From Vicugna vicugna (Eukaryota), in contig PNXW01005888.1 of NCBI GenBank assembly GCA_013265495.1, positions 62,001 to 126,000 on the forward strand: a stretch of DNA of 64,000 nucleotides, in the 5' to 3' direction. The stretch's first letter is position 1. Every line of letters starts with the position of its first letter. Both the position numbers and the translations under genes were made by a program. Below the pieces are notes generated by a model. The model did not search any database. It was not told the origin of the DNA and saw only the letters and a program-made list of their open reading frames with translations. This document shows positions 1 to 12,039 of this stretch, piece by piece.

Positions 1-617
1 CAAGAGGTCCCCGCAACACCCAGCCCGAGGCGTGAGCCGGCAGCTGGGGCAGGGGCAGGCGGCCCGAGCCGGGCGGAGGACTGGGGCGGCTGCACTGAGG
101 CAGCCCCGGGGAATGCAGGGTGCTGCGCCGTGGCTGGGAGGGGATACGGAGCCGAACAACCTGAGCCCCCCAAAAATTACGGAAAAAAAGCAAAGCAACA
201 CGGCTGGTGTGCCCTGGGGGGAGGGGTGCCATAGCCTTTGTCTCCTCAGACCCACAGCGCCATTACTGGCGCTTCTCCCTAGAAGAGAGGCGGGGCTCAG
301 CCACAGCTGCCATATCCTGTGTGCAGTGCCTGGGCAGGGGCAGGGCCTAGACCTGAATCCGCACCTGCTGGCTCTGCAACCTACTGGGCAGGACTGAGAC
401 TTGTTTATAGCCTGAGGCAGATAGGATCTTTCTGCCCTGGTACCTCAGAGAACTTGAACCACCAAGACAAGCAAGGAGCTGGGGCAGGGCTGTTTCACAA
501 TCTTCTCTGAGCCCGCCTTCGGAGCGCCAACCCGACGCGGAGCAGGTAGCTGCACAGAGCAGCGGAGTAACCGGCGCCGGGAGAGGGCAGGTGGCCACCA
601 GCCTTCTTGGCAGGAAC

Positions 618-790
618 GCAGCACCTGACCACGGTGCTGGATGGGGTGCGATCCGCCCGCCTACTTTGCCCCAGCGCAGCATCTGACTGCGGCATCAGGA
701 GGGGGAGTGACTTTCCTGCCCACCAAGAAGGAGAGCAGCACCTGACTGCAGTGTTGGGAGGGGGCGTGATCTGCTTGCTGACAGGCACTG
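618..790 (+). repeat. Three ~58-59 bp tandem units in the L1 5' UTR
   Basis: GCAGCA(C/T)CTGAC(C/T)(A/G)C motif starts at 618, 676 and 735, each followed by a G-rich tract. Confidence 0.8.
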
Positions 791-940
791 GGAGCAGCAC
801 AGACAAGGGCGGCAACGGAGGGCCTCTGGAAAACAGCAAGCTGAGTTCGCGAAACAGAGCAAAGACAAAGACTTCTCGATAAAATCATTAAGAGGGCACA
901 GTCTTCAGGAGAACACTTTTTTAAAAAAATCTTTTTTATA

Positions 941-1613
941 TCTGTTCTATTTTCTATTACCTTTTAAATTTTTACTTTTTAAACAATTGTATATGTCTAC
1001 AGTTTTAATCCCTTTAAATTTTTCTTTTAAAATCTTTTTATTATTATTATTTTGAAAAAATCTCTCTCATTTCATTTTTAATTCTCTTGGTTTTGATCTC
1101 CTGTTATTGATTATACACAGGTTTCAAATATTGTTTTTTGATATTTTCTCCTTTTTTTAAGGTTTTTAAAAGATGTCTCAACTTGATTGCTATTCTGCTT
1201 CAAATTGCTCTTCTATTATTGATTATACAGTTTTCAAACATTTTTTCTCCCTTCTTTTAAAATTCTCTATTGTTTTATCATTTTAAAAAATCTGTTCTAT
1301 TTTCTATTACCTTTAAAATTTTTACTTTTTAAACAATTATATATGTCTCCAGTTTTAATCCCTTTAAACTTATAAAAAATATTTTTATTTTTATTATTTT
1401 TAAAAATCCACCTCATTTCATTTTTATTTCTCTTGGTGTCAATCTCCTGTTACTGATTATACACAGGTTTCAAATATTGTTTTCTGATTTTTTCCTCTTT
1501 TAAAGGTTTTTAAAAGACGTCTCAACTCAGTTGCTATTCTGCTCCAACTTGCTCTTCTATTATTGATTATACACTATTTTCAAACATTTTTTCTCCATTC
1601 TTTTAAAATTCTC
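941..1613 (+). repeat. ~350-bp tandem duplication in the L1 5' UTR
   Basis: TCTGTTCTATTTTCTATTAC starts at 941 and 1291. The two units stay colinear to TTTTAAAATTCTCT (~1268 and ~1613). Confidence 0.9.
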
Positions 1614-1721
1614 TTTTTTTAAAGTTTTATTCCTGCATAGGCTTTAGATAGATAAATAAATAAACTCCTTAAGGACCAAAATAGATAACTGATACTCCTT
1701 AAGCCACAGTGCCAGAGAGAT

Positions 1722-2599
1722 ATGAGCAATATGAAGAAGCAGAGGAACCACTCCCAATTAAAAGAGTAAGAGAAATCCCCTGAAAGAACAATCAATGAAC
1801 TAGACATCAACAGCCTACTAGATCAAGATTTCAAAAAAGGAGTGATCAAAGTACTGAAGGAACTAAAAGAGATAGTATTTAGAGATATAAAATATGTCAA
1901 AAATGAAATTGAAGCTATAAAGAAGAGCCAAGTAGAATTGGTAAACTCATTTGCTGAGATGAGAGCTGATCTAAAGGCTGTACAAAGCAGGTATACAAGT
2001 GACCTAGAAGACAGGACAACAGAAAGCACCCAAACAGAACAGCTGAGAGAAAAACAAATAAAAAACAATGAAAACAATATAAGGGACCTATGGGATAATA
2101 TAAAGCAGGCCAATCTACACATAATAGGGGTTCCAGAAGGGGAAGAAAGAACAAAGGGGATTGAAAAGATATTTGAAGAAATCATGACTGAAAACTTCCC
2201 AACCTAAAGGAATCAGATATCCAAATACCAAATACAGTCAGAGGGTCCCAAACAGGAAGAACCCAAACAGACCCACACCAAGACATATCATAATCAAGAT
2301 GGCCAGAGTCAAGGATAAAGGAATGATCCTAAAGGCAGCAAGAGAAAAACAAAGAGTGAGTGACAAGGGAACTCCCATAAGGCTCTCAGCTGATTACACA
2401 AACACTACAGGCCAGAAGGGAGTGGCAGGATATATTCAAAGACCTGAATGACAAAAAGATGCAGCCTAGGATACTCTATCCAGCAAGGCTATCCTTTAGA
2501 ATAGAAGGAGAGACAAAGAATTTCACAGACAAGCAAAAACTAAAAGACTTTAGCAACACTAAACCCATGCTAAAAGAAACATTGGCAGGTCTACTCTAA
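1722..2599 (+). pseudogene. L1 ORF1p remnant
   Basis: ATG at 1722, in-frame TAA at 1767. ORF 1842-2207 carries typical ORF1p motifs (RDLWDNIKQANLHIIGVPEGEE...IFEEIMTENFP). Frameshift near 2205; C-terminal YPARL-like segment ends at TAA 2597-2599. Confidence 0.9.
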
Positions 2600-3005
2600 A
2601 CAGAAAAGAAGCAGGATGCTACAAAAATGAGAAACTCATAACTGGAAAGGTGATATCTATCATGAATTACAAATAGAATAAACACAAAATTGGGAAAGAA
2701 GACATCTAAATCATTAAGAGTGGGAGAGGGAAGCAAGGAAATATAGAGGTTTTTTTTTCTTTTTTTTAAGTTTTTGTTCTCTGTAGGATGGGTTTGAGAT
2801 TATATTACTATCTGTTTAATACAAACAATTATAGTAGTGGGTTAATAGACTTACAAAAAAGGATAAGAACAAGCCAAAATCTTACAAGTGAGTCACAAAA
2901 ACTAAAAAAAATCCAAGATAATACAAAAGAAAATTACCAAACCACAAAAGGAAGAAGAAAGGAACAAAGAGGAAATACCAAATCAACTGCAAAAATAAGT
3001 TCAAA

Positions 3006-3418
3006 ATGGCAATAAACACACATCTATAATTAATTACTGTAAATTTAATGGACTAAATGCTCCAGTCAAAAGATGCAGAGTGGCAGACTGGATAATAAAG
3101 CAAGAACCTTCAATATGCTGCATACAAGAGATCCACTTTAGGGAGAAGGAACCCTACTTCAAAATGACAACTGCACCCCAATGTTCACAGTAGTTGACAA
3201 TAGTCAAGACATAGAAACAGCCTAAATGTCCATCAACAGATGACTGGATAAAGAAGATGTGGTATATTTATACAATGGAATACTATTTAGCCATAAAAAC
3301 CGACAATATAAAGCCATTTGCAACAACATGGATGTTCCTGGAAAATGTCATTCTAAGTGAACTAAACCAGAAGGAGAAAGAAAAATACCGTATGAGATCG
3401 CTCATATGTGGAAGCTAA
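3006..3418 (+). pseudogene. L1 ORF2p remnant: endonuclease N-terminus fused directly to the extreme C-terminus
   Basis: 3006-3150 encodes (with a stop and frameshift) NGLNAPVKR..RVADWIIKQEPSICCIQEIHF. From ~3170 it reads CTPMF..KQPKCPSTDDWIKKMWYIYTMEYY.AIK. No reverse transcriptase domain lies between. Confidence 0.88.
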
Positions 3419-4094
3419 AAAAAAAAAAAAATACAAAACAGAAACAGACTCATAGACATAGAATACAAACTTGTGGTTGCCAAGGGGGCAGGGGGTGGGA
3501 AGGGACAGACTGAGATTTCAAAAAACATAATAGATAAACAAGATTATACTGTACAGCACAGGGAAATATATACAAGATCTTGTGGTAGCTCACAGTGGAA
3601 AAAAAATGTGACAATGAATATATATATATGTTCATGTATAACTGAAAAATTATGCTCTACACTGGAATTTGACACAACATTGTAAAATGAGTATAAGTCA
3701 ATAAAAAAAGTTTAAAAAAATAAATAAATAAAAATTTTTAAAAATTAAAAAAAAAAGGGGGAACCGGCAGCCTATTAGTGTCAAAAAGCCCAGTAGAACT
3801 TTCTATACTTTGAAGTATGAAGCCTTAACCCTCTCCCCTTTTGTTAGGTTGGTGTGTAGCTTTACCCTGGCTATTCAGAGAGTTACTCATTACTGAGCAA
3901 CTCCCTTTTCTCCTGTTACTCTATCGTCAGTTAACACGTAAGCCCCAATTATTTGAACCTAAAATGGTAGAGGAAAATATTTTTTCCCGACAGTTTTCAA
4001 CCCTGGCAGCTATTAAAAATAACCGAGGGAGCTTTTTTGAAAATGCTGGGGAAAAAATTCCACATCCTCCTTCCCCTACTGCCCATTACTTATC

Positions 4095-4350
4095 AGGGAT
4101 GGACCCAGGCAACAGAGTTGTAAAAGATCCCTATGTGGTTCTAGTATGTAGTCAAGGTAGAGGATCCAATATTGTTCTCTCTCTCAATGCTTCTTAAGTT
4201 TTAATGTGCAAGCAAATCACCTGTGATCTTGTTAGACTCAGATTCTGAGCCTGTAGGTCTGCAGGGAGACTCACAAACCTGCATTTCTAACAAGCGCCTA
4301 GGTGACACCCCGTACTGCTGGTCTACCCACCACACGTTAACTAGTAAGGC
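4095..4350. mobile_element. hAT-Charlie (MER5-like) DNA transposon fragments
   Basis: Resembles recalled MER5A motifs (CAGATTCTGA..GTAGGTCTG..CTGCATTTCTAACAAG...CCACAC). Confidence 0.5.
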
Positions 4351-5005
4351 TTTCTTTAACCAAGGTTTTTTCACTTTTCCTTTTAAATCTTCAGAATCAT
4401 TTTCACATAAAGGCAACTTATTTCCTAGGCTACACAGTTGTGACTTGATTGAAATCACTTAAAGAAGCCATTGCTACTGATCACTTGAAATTAAGCTGAA
4501 AATGTAATGGTCTAACTGAACCTGTCTCTCAAACCTGTGTCCGTCAAACTAGATCCATGGTTTAACTAAACTTTCCCACGTTTGGTTTTCCATTTAAAAA
4601 CCTTCAGTGTACAAGGATATCAAGTATCTTGATGTTACAAGGGGAGAGAAACCTTCCACATAAAAAAGCCAGGTATGTTCTTTGATTTAAATTGAAAACA
4701 TTAAGCTTTACTATCCTAAAATGCCACAAGGTGGGGTTATGACTCCAAGAAAGAACTCTGGTTTTCTATATGCTATATCTGTTTCTGTAGGTTCCTTCTA
4801 TTTCTGTGTGTCTATTTTTCCTTTCTTCTCCAGTTGTGTTTTTTGCACTGTCATTCTTACCTTTTTTGGGTAGGAAAACAACAGGGTAATATGAAGTAAA
4901 TTACGGTAGATTAACAGGCTGGAACACTATGTAGCTATTTTCAATATATTTATAAAATCTATAGAAATATAGAAAATGTTTGTCAAAACATTAATTTTTA
5001 ATTAC

Positions 5006-5355
5006 TGTTAAAGTAATTAGGCAGGGAGGCCATTATGCTGAGGTAATTCCTGTAACTTAGCTGCCTACATAAGCAGACAAAAACCTATAAATGCCCTCAA
5101 GGTTAGGAAATCTAAGCCTAAGGACAACCAATCACAAATGGCCAACCAGGCTTTCCAAATACTGCAACCTTAAACTATACCCAGTCAAAGGATTTCCTCG
5201 CTTTGCTTCCACCTTTTCTCTATAAAAGTCTTTCCCCTAGCTCCTGGACTGGGCTCCTACCCACTTCTGGTTTGGTGCTGCCCTATTTGGGAGCTGATTT
5301 TTTTCCTCAAATAAACTCTTAAAATTTTTTAAATGCCTCAGTTTATACTTCAACA
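5006..5355 (+). mobile_element. Solo ERV LTR (ERV1-like)
   Basis: Imperfect inverted termini TGTTAAAG...CTTCAACA; CCAAT ~5128, TATAAAA 5221, AATAAA 5310; near-identical 4-bp flanks TTAC/ATAC. Confidence 0.75.
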
Positions 5356-5650
5356 ATACAAAATGGTATGTATACTATCTCTACAGTAATTTTTAAAAGT
5401 GCAAAAACAAGAGAGTGATGGGAAAATAATACGTAAAACTGAAAAGTCTTTACGATTTGTGTAATTTTCTTCTCTCGTTTACAAATTTTCTATATCAACT
5501 TTTCAACAATAAAAACATTAAAACAAAAGGATGCAAATGCTTGGGAAATGAAGATTTGTTTAGGTGACACGATTATGGACGTATTTTCTTTGATAAAATT
5601 TCAATTTGATGTTGGGAAAATAATAAACATATCTTATTAAAAGGACAGGT

Positions 5651-5740
5651 GGGGAGAGGGTAATAGCTTAGTAGTAGAGTGTATGCTTAGCATGCATGAG
5701 GTCCTGGCTTCAATTTCCACTACCTCCATTAAAAAAAAAA
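5651..5740 (+). mobile_element. tRNA-Ala-derived SINE (camelid vic-1-like), short form
   Basis: tRNA-Ala(AGC)-like body with A10 tail; target-site duplication (TSD) GGACAGGT at 5643-5650 and 5742-5749. Confidence 0.88.
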
Positions 5741-5759
5741 TGGACAGGTAATACAATGT

Positions 5760-6720
5760 TAAAGATATATATATATTATTTATAAAAGTATCAAAAAACA
5801 TCAAAAACCTAGAAATAAGGCTAATGATGTACAAGACAACTGCAAAAGATTGCTCAGAGAAGACCTAAATAAATGGAGAGCTATACCAGGTTCATGGGTA
5901 GGAAGACAACATAATTAAGATGTCTAAAATAAATAAGCTACAAGGATATATTGCACAGCACGGGGAATATAGCCAATACTCTATAATAAACTATAAATGG
6001 AATATAATCTTTAAAAATTATGAATCACTATGTTGTACCCCAAAACATATATTGTAAATCAACTTTACCTCAATTAAAAAAAAAGTCAATTCTCCCTAAA
6101 TTGATTGATAGATTCAGTGCAATCCAAGAGGAACTTTTGGTGAAAATAAACGAATTCAGAATAGCTAACATAGTCTTGAAGTAAAAGAAGAAAGTTGGAA
6201 GGCTTAACACTATGAGAAACCAAAACCTACTGTAAGGTAAGGAGACAGGTTGATGTTGGCACAAGGAAAGACAAACAAGAACAACAGAACATAACAGTCT
6301 GCAAACAGACCGATGCAAATGTAGTCACTTGATTTACAACAAAGGCACCATTGCAATCCGTGGGGAAAGGATGGTCTTTTCAACAAATGTTTCAGGAGAG
6401 AAAAAAAAAAGAGCCTTGACCCTTACCTCATATGAAACAAAAAGTAATTCAAAATGGATCATAGGCCTAAGTATGAAAGGTAAAACAATAGAGCTTCTAA
6501 GGAAAAAAAGTAACGGAATATTTTCATGAACTTGAGACAGGCATAGTTTCTTAAGTAGAACATAAAACAGCATTAACCATAAAAAACTGATAAATTAGAC
6601 TCTGTTCATCAAAAGATATCACTAAGAGTATGAAAAGGTTAGGCATATACACCTGAAACTAAAACTGTATATTGACTACACTTCAATAAAAAATAAGAAT
6701 AAAAAAAAGGTAAGGCATAG
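5760..6720 (+). mobile_element. Old L1 ORF2 fragment with two nested younger L1 3'-end insertions
   Basis: Degenerate ORF2 text (AAATAAATGGAGAG..TCATGG..GGAAGAC; AATTCAAAATGGATCATAG). L1 tails inserted at ~5925-6085 and 6648-6704; the second has TSD AAAAGGT(T/A)AGGCATA. Confidence 0.7.
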
Positions 6721-6789
6721 ACTGCATTTTACTGCATGGATGATAACACCTCAATAAAACACTGTTCTAAATGGACAGATAAGGAAAAT

Positions 6790-9590
6790 CCTGCTTCTGA
6801 AAGATGAGGTAGACACATACCATTCTCCATCCTTCCCACTAAGAACAGCTAAAATCCTTGGACATTTTATATAAAACCAACAAAAGAAGACTCTGAAAGG
6901 TGGAGAGAAGGAGGCTGCCTGGGTCAGGGACCCTGGAAGGACACAGTGATGCACTCCCTGGGTTTTCTTTTTGCCTCCTATATCACAGACTGTGTGCTGG
7001 AGAAGATGGCAATTGGGGAAACACCCTACAGAAACCTGCTCTCTCTAGCCAAAAGACAAAGTCAAGAGCAGCCTAAGAATACAAAAACTTTTAGATGATA
7101 ACTATTTTACCCCAGCTAAACACTACAGAAAAAACTGCAGCCACATCACCCCTGTCACAAAGGCCAACACAAAGGGGAACATAGACGTCCACCTGTAAAG
7201 AGGAGCTCCACCCTGATGCCGGGGTGATGTTAGAGAAGGCTGAGTAAGGAGGGGATTTTATCCCTGTTGAGTGGTAATAGCTTCCCCTAGTGCCATCCTG
7301 TGGTGTCAGTGGAGAACATGTGGACAGCCTTTCATGGCCACCCACAAGCTACAAGGAACACCTCCCACCAGGTGTCAATGGAAGCCAAGTGGGGAACTTG
7401 GATTTCTGCCACTTCCTAGTAATGTGGTAGTACCCTTCTTCCTCTGCTGGAGCAATGTCAGGAGGTCTGCTAGAATAGAAGATTTAAATAAGATCCAAAA
7501 ATCTCATAATATTAAAAGTGCTCAGGTTTCAATAAAAAAATCTTTCATCAGAAAAATCTCAGCTTGAATGAAAATAGACAATCAACAGATGCCAATACCA
7601 AGATGACATAGTTAGGATTATTTGACAAGGATTTTAAGCAGCTACCATAAAAATGTTTCAACAAGCAGTTACAAACACATTTCAAACAAATGAAAAAATT
7701 GGGTCTCAGTAAAGAATAGAAAATATCAAGAAGACCTAAATGGAAATTTTAGAACTGAAAAATATAATAACTAAAATTAAAATCTCAATGTATGGGCTTA
7801 ATAGCAAAATGGAGAAGACACAGGAAAGAATCAGTGAACTGGAAGATAGAATAGAAATCACCCAATCTGACCAACAGAGAGAGAAAAGTCTGGAAAAAAA
7901 ATGAACAGAGCTTTAGAGGGACTATAACAACAACAACAAAAATCTAACAATCGTGCCATTTGATCAGAAGGAGAGGTTAAAAAAAAAAAGTGAAGAAATA
8001 ATGGCTGAAAATTTCCCAAATTTGGCAAGACACAAGCTTACAGATTCGAGAAGGTGAGCAAACCCAAAACAGAATTAACCCAAAGAAATTCATGCTAAGA
8101 TATATCATAATCAAACTTCTGGAAACTAAAGACAAAGGAAAAACCTTGAAAGCGGTGGTGAAGAAACAACACTTACCTAAAGGGGACAAATAACTCAAAT
8201 GGCAGATTTCCCATCAGAAACCATGGAGGCCAGAAGGAAGTGGCACAATATTTTCCAAGTGCTGACAGAAAACTGTCAACCCAGAATTCTATATCCAGTG
8301 AAAATATCTTCCAGGAATGGAGGGGATATCAAGACATTTTTCGAATGAAGGAAAACTAGGAGAATGTCACCAAGAGACGTACCATAATGGAATGGGTAAA
8401 GGAAGTTCTCTGAGCAAAAAGAAAACACTAAAAGAATCTTGGAACATCAAGAGGGAAGAAAGAACAATGGAAAGAGCGAAAATAGGAGTAAACACAATAG
8501 ACTTTCTCCTCTTAAGTTTTCTCAATTGTGTTTGATGGTTCAAGTGAAAATGATGCTGCCATCTGATGTGAGTCTCAATGAATGTAGAGGAAATATTAAG
8601 ACAATTATAAATGAGGAAGAATAAAGGGAGGTGAGCTTTCTCCACTTCACTTGAACTGGTAAAATGCCGATACCAGTAGCCTATGATAAGTGGTTATGAG
8701 GTAATAGAAAATACACATATGTTGGTCTCTGCCCCTGGTTCCTGGCACACAGCTTCTAAAACCCTTTGGGATTTCCTAGGGGACAGCAGTGTCTTTTGTG
8801 CTAATAAGGTGACTCCTGGATGAGGGCTGGTCACCAGAAAGACCAAACCATAATTAGGAGCTTGGGATTTTCAGCTCCCACCCCCACCCCATTTTTCAGA
8901 GTGGGAAGAGTGGCTGGAAATGGATGTAATGATTGGTCATGCCTACATGATGAAGCCTCCAAAAACAGTCTAAAAGTATAGGGTTTGGAGAGCATCCAGA
9001 TTGGTGAAGCCTCCACATACTGGAAGGGTGATGTACCGCAACTCCACGGGGACAAAAGCTCTTGCACTCAGGACCGTCCCATACCTCACCCTCTATATCT
9101 CTTCATCTGGCTGTTCATCTGTATCTTTTATCATATCCTTTATTATATAATAAACTGGTACACATAAATGTTTCCCTGAGTTCTGTGTGCTGTTCTAGCA
9201 AATAACTGAATACAAGGGAGAGGAGGTCATGGGAACCTCTGATTTGTAGTCAAGTGGGGAGCAGTCTCATGGGACCGAACCCTTAACTTGTGGGATCTAA
9301 CGCTATTTCCAGGCAGTGTCAGAACTGAGTTAAATTGTAGGACTCTGAGCTGGTGTCACAGAAAATTACTGCTCTTGATGTGGGACCCTGCTCCACCCCC
9401 AACATTTGGTGCCTGAAGTGTTGTGAGTGTGGCAGCAGTGTGAGAGTAAAGGAGAAACACAGAAGACTCAGTTTTATCTAAAACAGTTTCACGTATAATG
9501 TAATACATAGAGCAACCATTAAAAAGTTGTACAAAGGGGTACACTCACACTATGTAGATAGGTCAAAATGGAATTCTAAACAAGAAAAGA
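6790..9590 (+). mobile_element. Old L1M 5' region/ORF1 remnant, split by an LTR
   Basis: ORF1-like text at 7560-8420 (GAAATAATGGCTGAAAATTTCCCAAAT; CCCAGAATTCTATATCCAG). Inter-ORF-like sequence resumes after 9486. Confidence 0.7.
8697..9485 (+). mobile_element. Solo LTR, MER21-like
   Basis: TG...CA ends, ~790 bp, flanks GTTA/GTTT, AATAAA ~9149; recalled MER21 motifs (GGGCTGGTCACCAGAAAGACCAA). Confidence 0.65.
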
Positions 9591-10192
9591 TGAAGTGTGT
9601 TCTATCTATCATTTTTATGCAAGGTAAGCTATTTTACTGATTCATTTCATGAAACTGCAACAAGTTTTTAGAATTTTTTGTTGGCTTTTTAAAAACTGAG
9701 GTATAATTGGCAATATTTCTCTTTTAGAAACCCTACTAGAATTTCTTTTCACTTATATGAGCCTCTAGCTTTTCTCCACTGTGGGTAAGTGGTCCTAAAT
9801 AGAAGGAGGCCTCCTCTTAGTTAATACAGTAGCAACAGTCATTAATGCTGCATCATAAAAAAGTAAATAGAATAAAAACTACAGTATGAGACAGTATTCT
9901 TAGAAAAGCTACTCAATCCTTAAGTGTAAGCAAATACTAAACGAAGGCTCTATAGAAGATTTTTAAGAATCCAGCATGGGCCATATAGATAAAAAGTTAA
10001 CTGAATTCTTTGGCTAGATTTTTTTCTTACTATTCATATTCATGGATGCTCAGTTTCCAAGAATAACTTCAATAGTTGAAATACTACCCATTTTATCAAA
10101 AGTACGTCAGATTAATCCTGTATACTGCCACCACAATGCTCAATTCCCTCAAATACATTGCCTGGTTCTTGTTGACAGAACCCTTTGGAAAG

Positions 10193-10576
10193 TGTAGCAA
10201 AGACTGGCCAATTGTTCACCAAATCATTTTTCTTTCCCCACTGGCCATGATAGCCATGTTTAAGAGTTCTGACCAATGGTATGTGTGTTGAAGTCTTGGC
10301 CATAAACCCCCCCCCATGTATGATTCTCCATTCTTGCCCCTCATTTGTTGGAGAGATACAGAGATTCCAATGGAGGGGACCCTGAGGAGACCCCAGTGGA
10401 TCGTGAAGCCACTAGATGGAAGGAGCCTGGGTCTCTGAATCACCACTTGTCAGAAATCACAGGTCATCTGACCAGGAGCACCTAAGTGAAACTGTAGACA
10501 GACAATAAATAAACCTTTATTGTATTATGCCACTGACATTTTATTTTAATAGCAGTTAGTCTGCCTTGACAAATAC
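10193..10576 (+). mobile_element. MaLR LTR (MLT1-like)
   Basis: TGTAGC start, TGGAAGGAGCCTGGGTC(T/C)CTGAAT motif, AATAAACCTTTATTGT..GCCACTGA, ends ..AATACA. Confidence 0.6.
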
Positions 10577-11103
10577 AGAGTACATGTGTTTCTCATGCCT
10601 CCTCTCTGCTTCTCCACAACTGAATTCACTACAGAATTAGCTGTGGGACCCCCTTTAGTGACCTTGCAGAAAAGATATTAAACCTCCTCAGAGAAACTTG
10701 CCAATTGCTAAGTCTAAGTTCTTTTCATCAGCCTGCCCTTCCTTGCTTATGTGTTCTACTGAACTTTTGAGGCTTGTGAATACTTTGAAATCCAACATCG
10801 AGAGCTAAAAAAATCACTCCTTGCTGTTTTTACACAGTCACAATCATGAGAACTTGTCACTTCATATCCCAGGTGGCATCTGAGTAAACAGCAAATACAT
10901 AGATTCCAATTTCTACTGAGGTCCCAAACTGCATAAGAGATTTAAGATGATGCTGTGATCTGACAGAGCCAAGTGGTTATAAATATTTTGGAATTATATC
11001 ACCACACTATTTATCCCTAATAATTTACTATTCAAAAAATTAAGTACATTTAGGTGTCTTTTTTCTATCTATGACTCTATAGTTGTGAAACTTCTGAGCC
11101 TGC

Positions 11104-11470
11104 ATAGGTTCTTAACTTTTTTTGTGTGCCACGGACCCTCTGTAAGTCTGGTAAACCTAATGGACTCCTTATCATGATGTTTTAAAATGAATAAAAAACA
11201 TAGGATTTCAAAGAAAACCAACTGAATTAAAATGTAGTTACCAGAATAATTTTTAAATGTCTTATGGTAATATGTGTCCCTGTTGACACATTAAATAACA
11301 ACATCTAGTAGTTGGTCTAATAATTACTGCAATTTTGAAGTAGTGATGAATGGAAATGACTTTTTGAGATAAGAATTACTGTGAAGTGAAAATATCTGTG
11401 GTTTCTATCGGTGACAATAATCACAAGTATTGCCAATGCTAATTGGTTTGTAGCCTACATTCATAATCAG
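11104..11470. mobile_element. hAT-Charlie1-like DNA transposon fragment
   Basis: GGTTCTTAACTTTTTTGTG..GGACCC..TCTGGT terminal motif followed by AT-rich internal sequence; similarity is from memory. Confidence 0.5.
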
Positions 11471-12039
11471 AACTGTCAACCATGTTTATCTCTAAATGGT
11501 TGAAATATGGATGGTTTAAAATTTTTTTCTATATTTTTCAAATTTTCCACAATAAGCAAACATCACTTTTATAATTATAGAAGACATCACATGATAGTCA
11601 CAAGAAAAAGAGGTGTGTATTGCTTGGTAAGATTCAGGGTACAGAAACAAAATCGGAAAAACAAAACAATGCTTGATGAAAATCCTTTGGGGAAAAAAAG
11701 GTAAATAAAATCCTGTTTGAAGATGGAGGAACTGAAACTGACTTTCATTAGGAGACAAAGCTGTTGAGACTTTTATGCCATTTATCTTTATACACAAAAG
11801 GATTAATTCTTCAATACATGATGCTGCCTCCGAGCTAAGGCACCATAATTCTTTTAACGGGGCCACACAGGCACTCTTGAGTCATATCTCAAGTAAAAAC
11901 AGGGAACCCACAGGCCACTATTACTCAGGAATTTAGCAATTTTATTATCCATACCTTCTGCATCTTCTCCTCTTGCTAACCTCCCAGCCAGGACTTGCCT
12001 GCCTACACAATGCTCCACGCAGTGGTTTGGGAGAGAGAA

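Larger units (their letters stand above)
1..3756 (+). mobile_element. LINE-1, internally deleted and inactive (5' end outside window)
   Basis: In order: GC/CpG-rich 5' UTR (1-~890), AT-rich duplicated block, ORF1 remnant 1722-2599, ~400-bp spacer, ORF2 remnant 3006-~3418, 3' UTR, AATAAA and A-rich tail ~3700-3756. Confidence 0.93.

Noticed and set aside
32..888. Several overlapping ORFs of 63-121 aa on both strands
   Set aside because: They lie in the GC-rich L1 5' UTR, where stops are rare, and resemble no protein I recognise. I cannot support an ORF0-like call.
618..1613. Regularly spaced repeats that might suggest a CRISPR-like array
   Set aside because: Eukaryotic DNA; the units are diverged tandem duplications inside an L1 UTR, with no unique spacers or cas genes.
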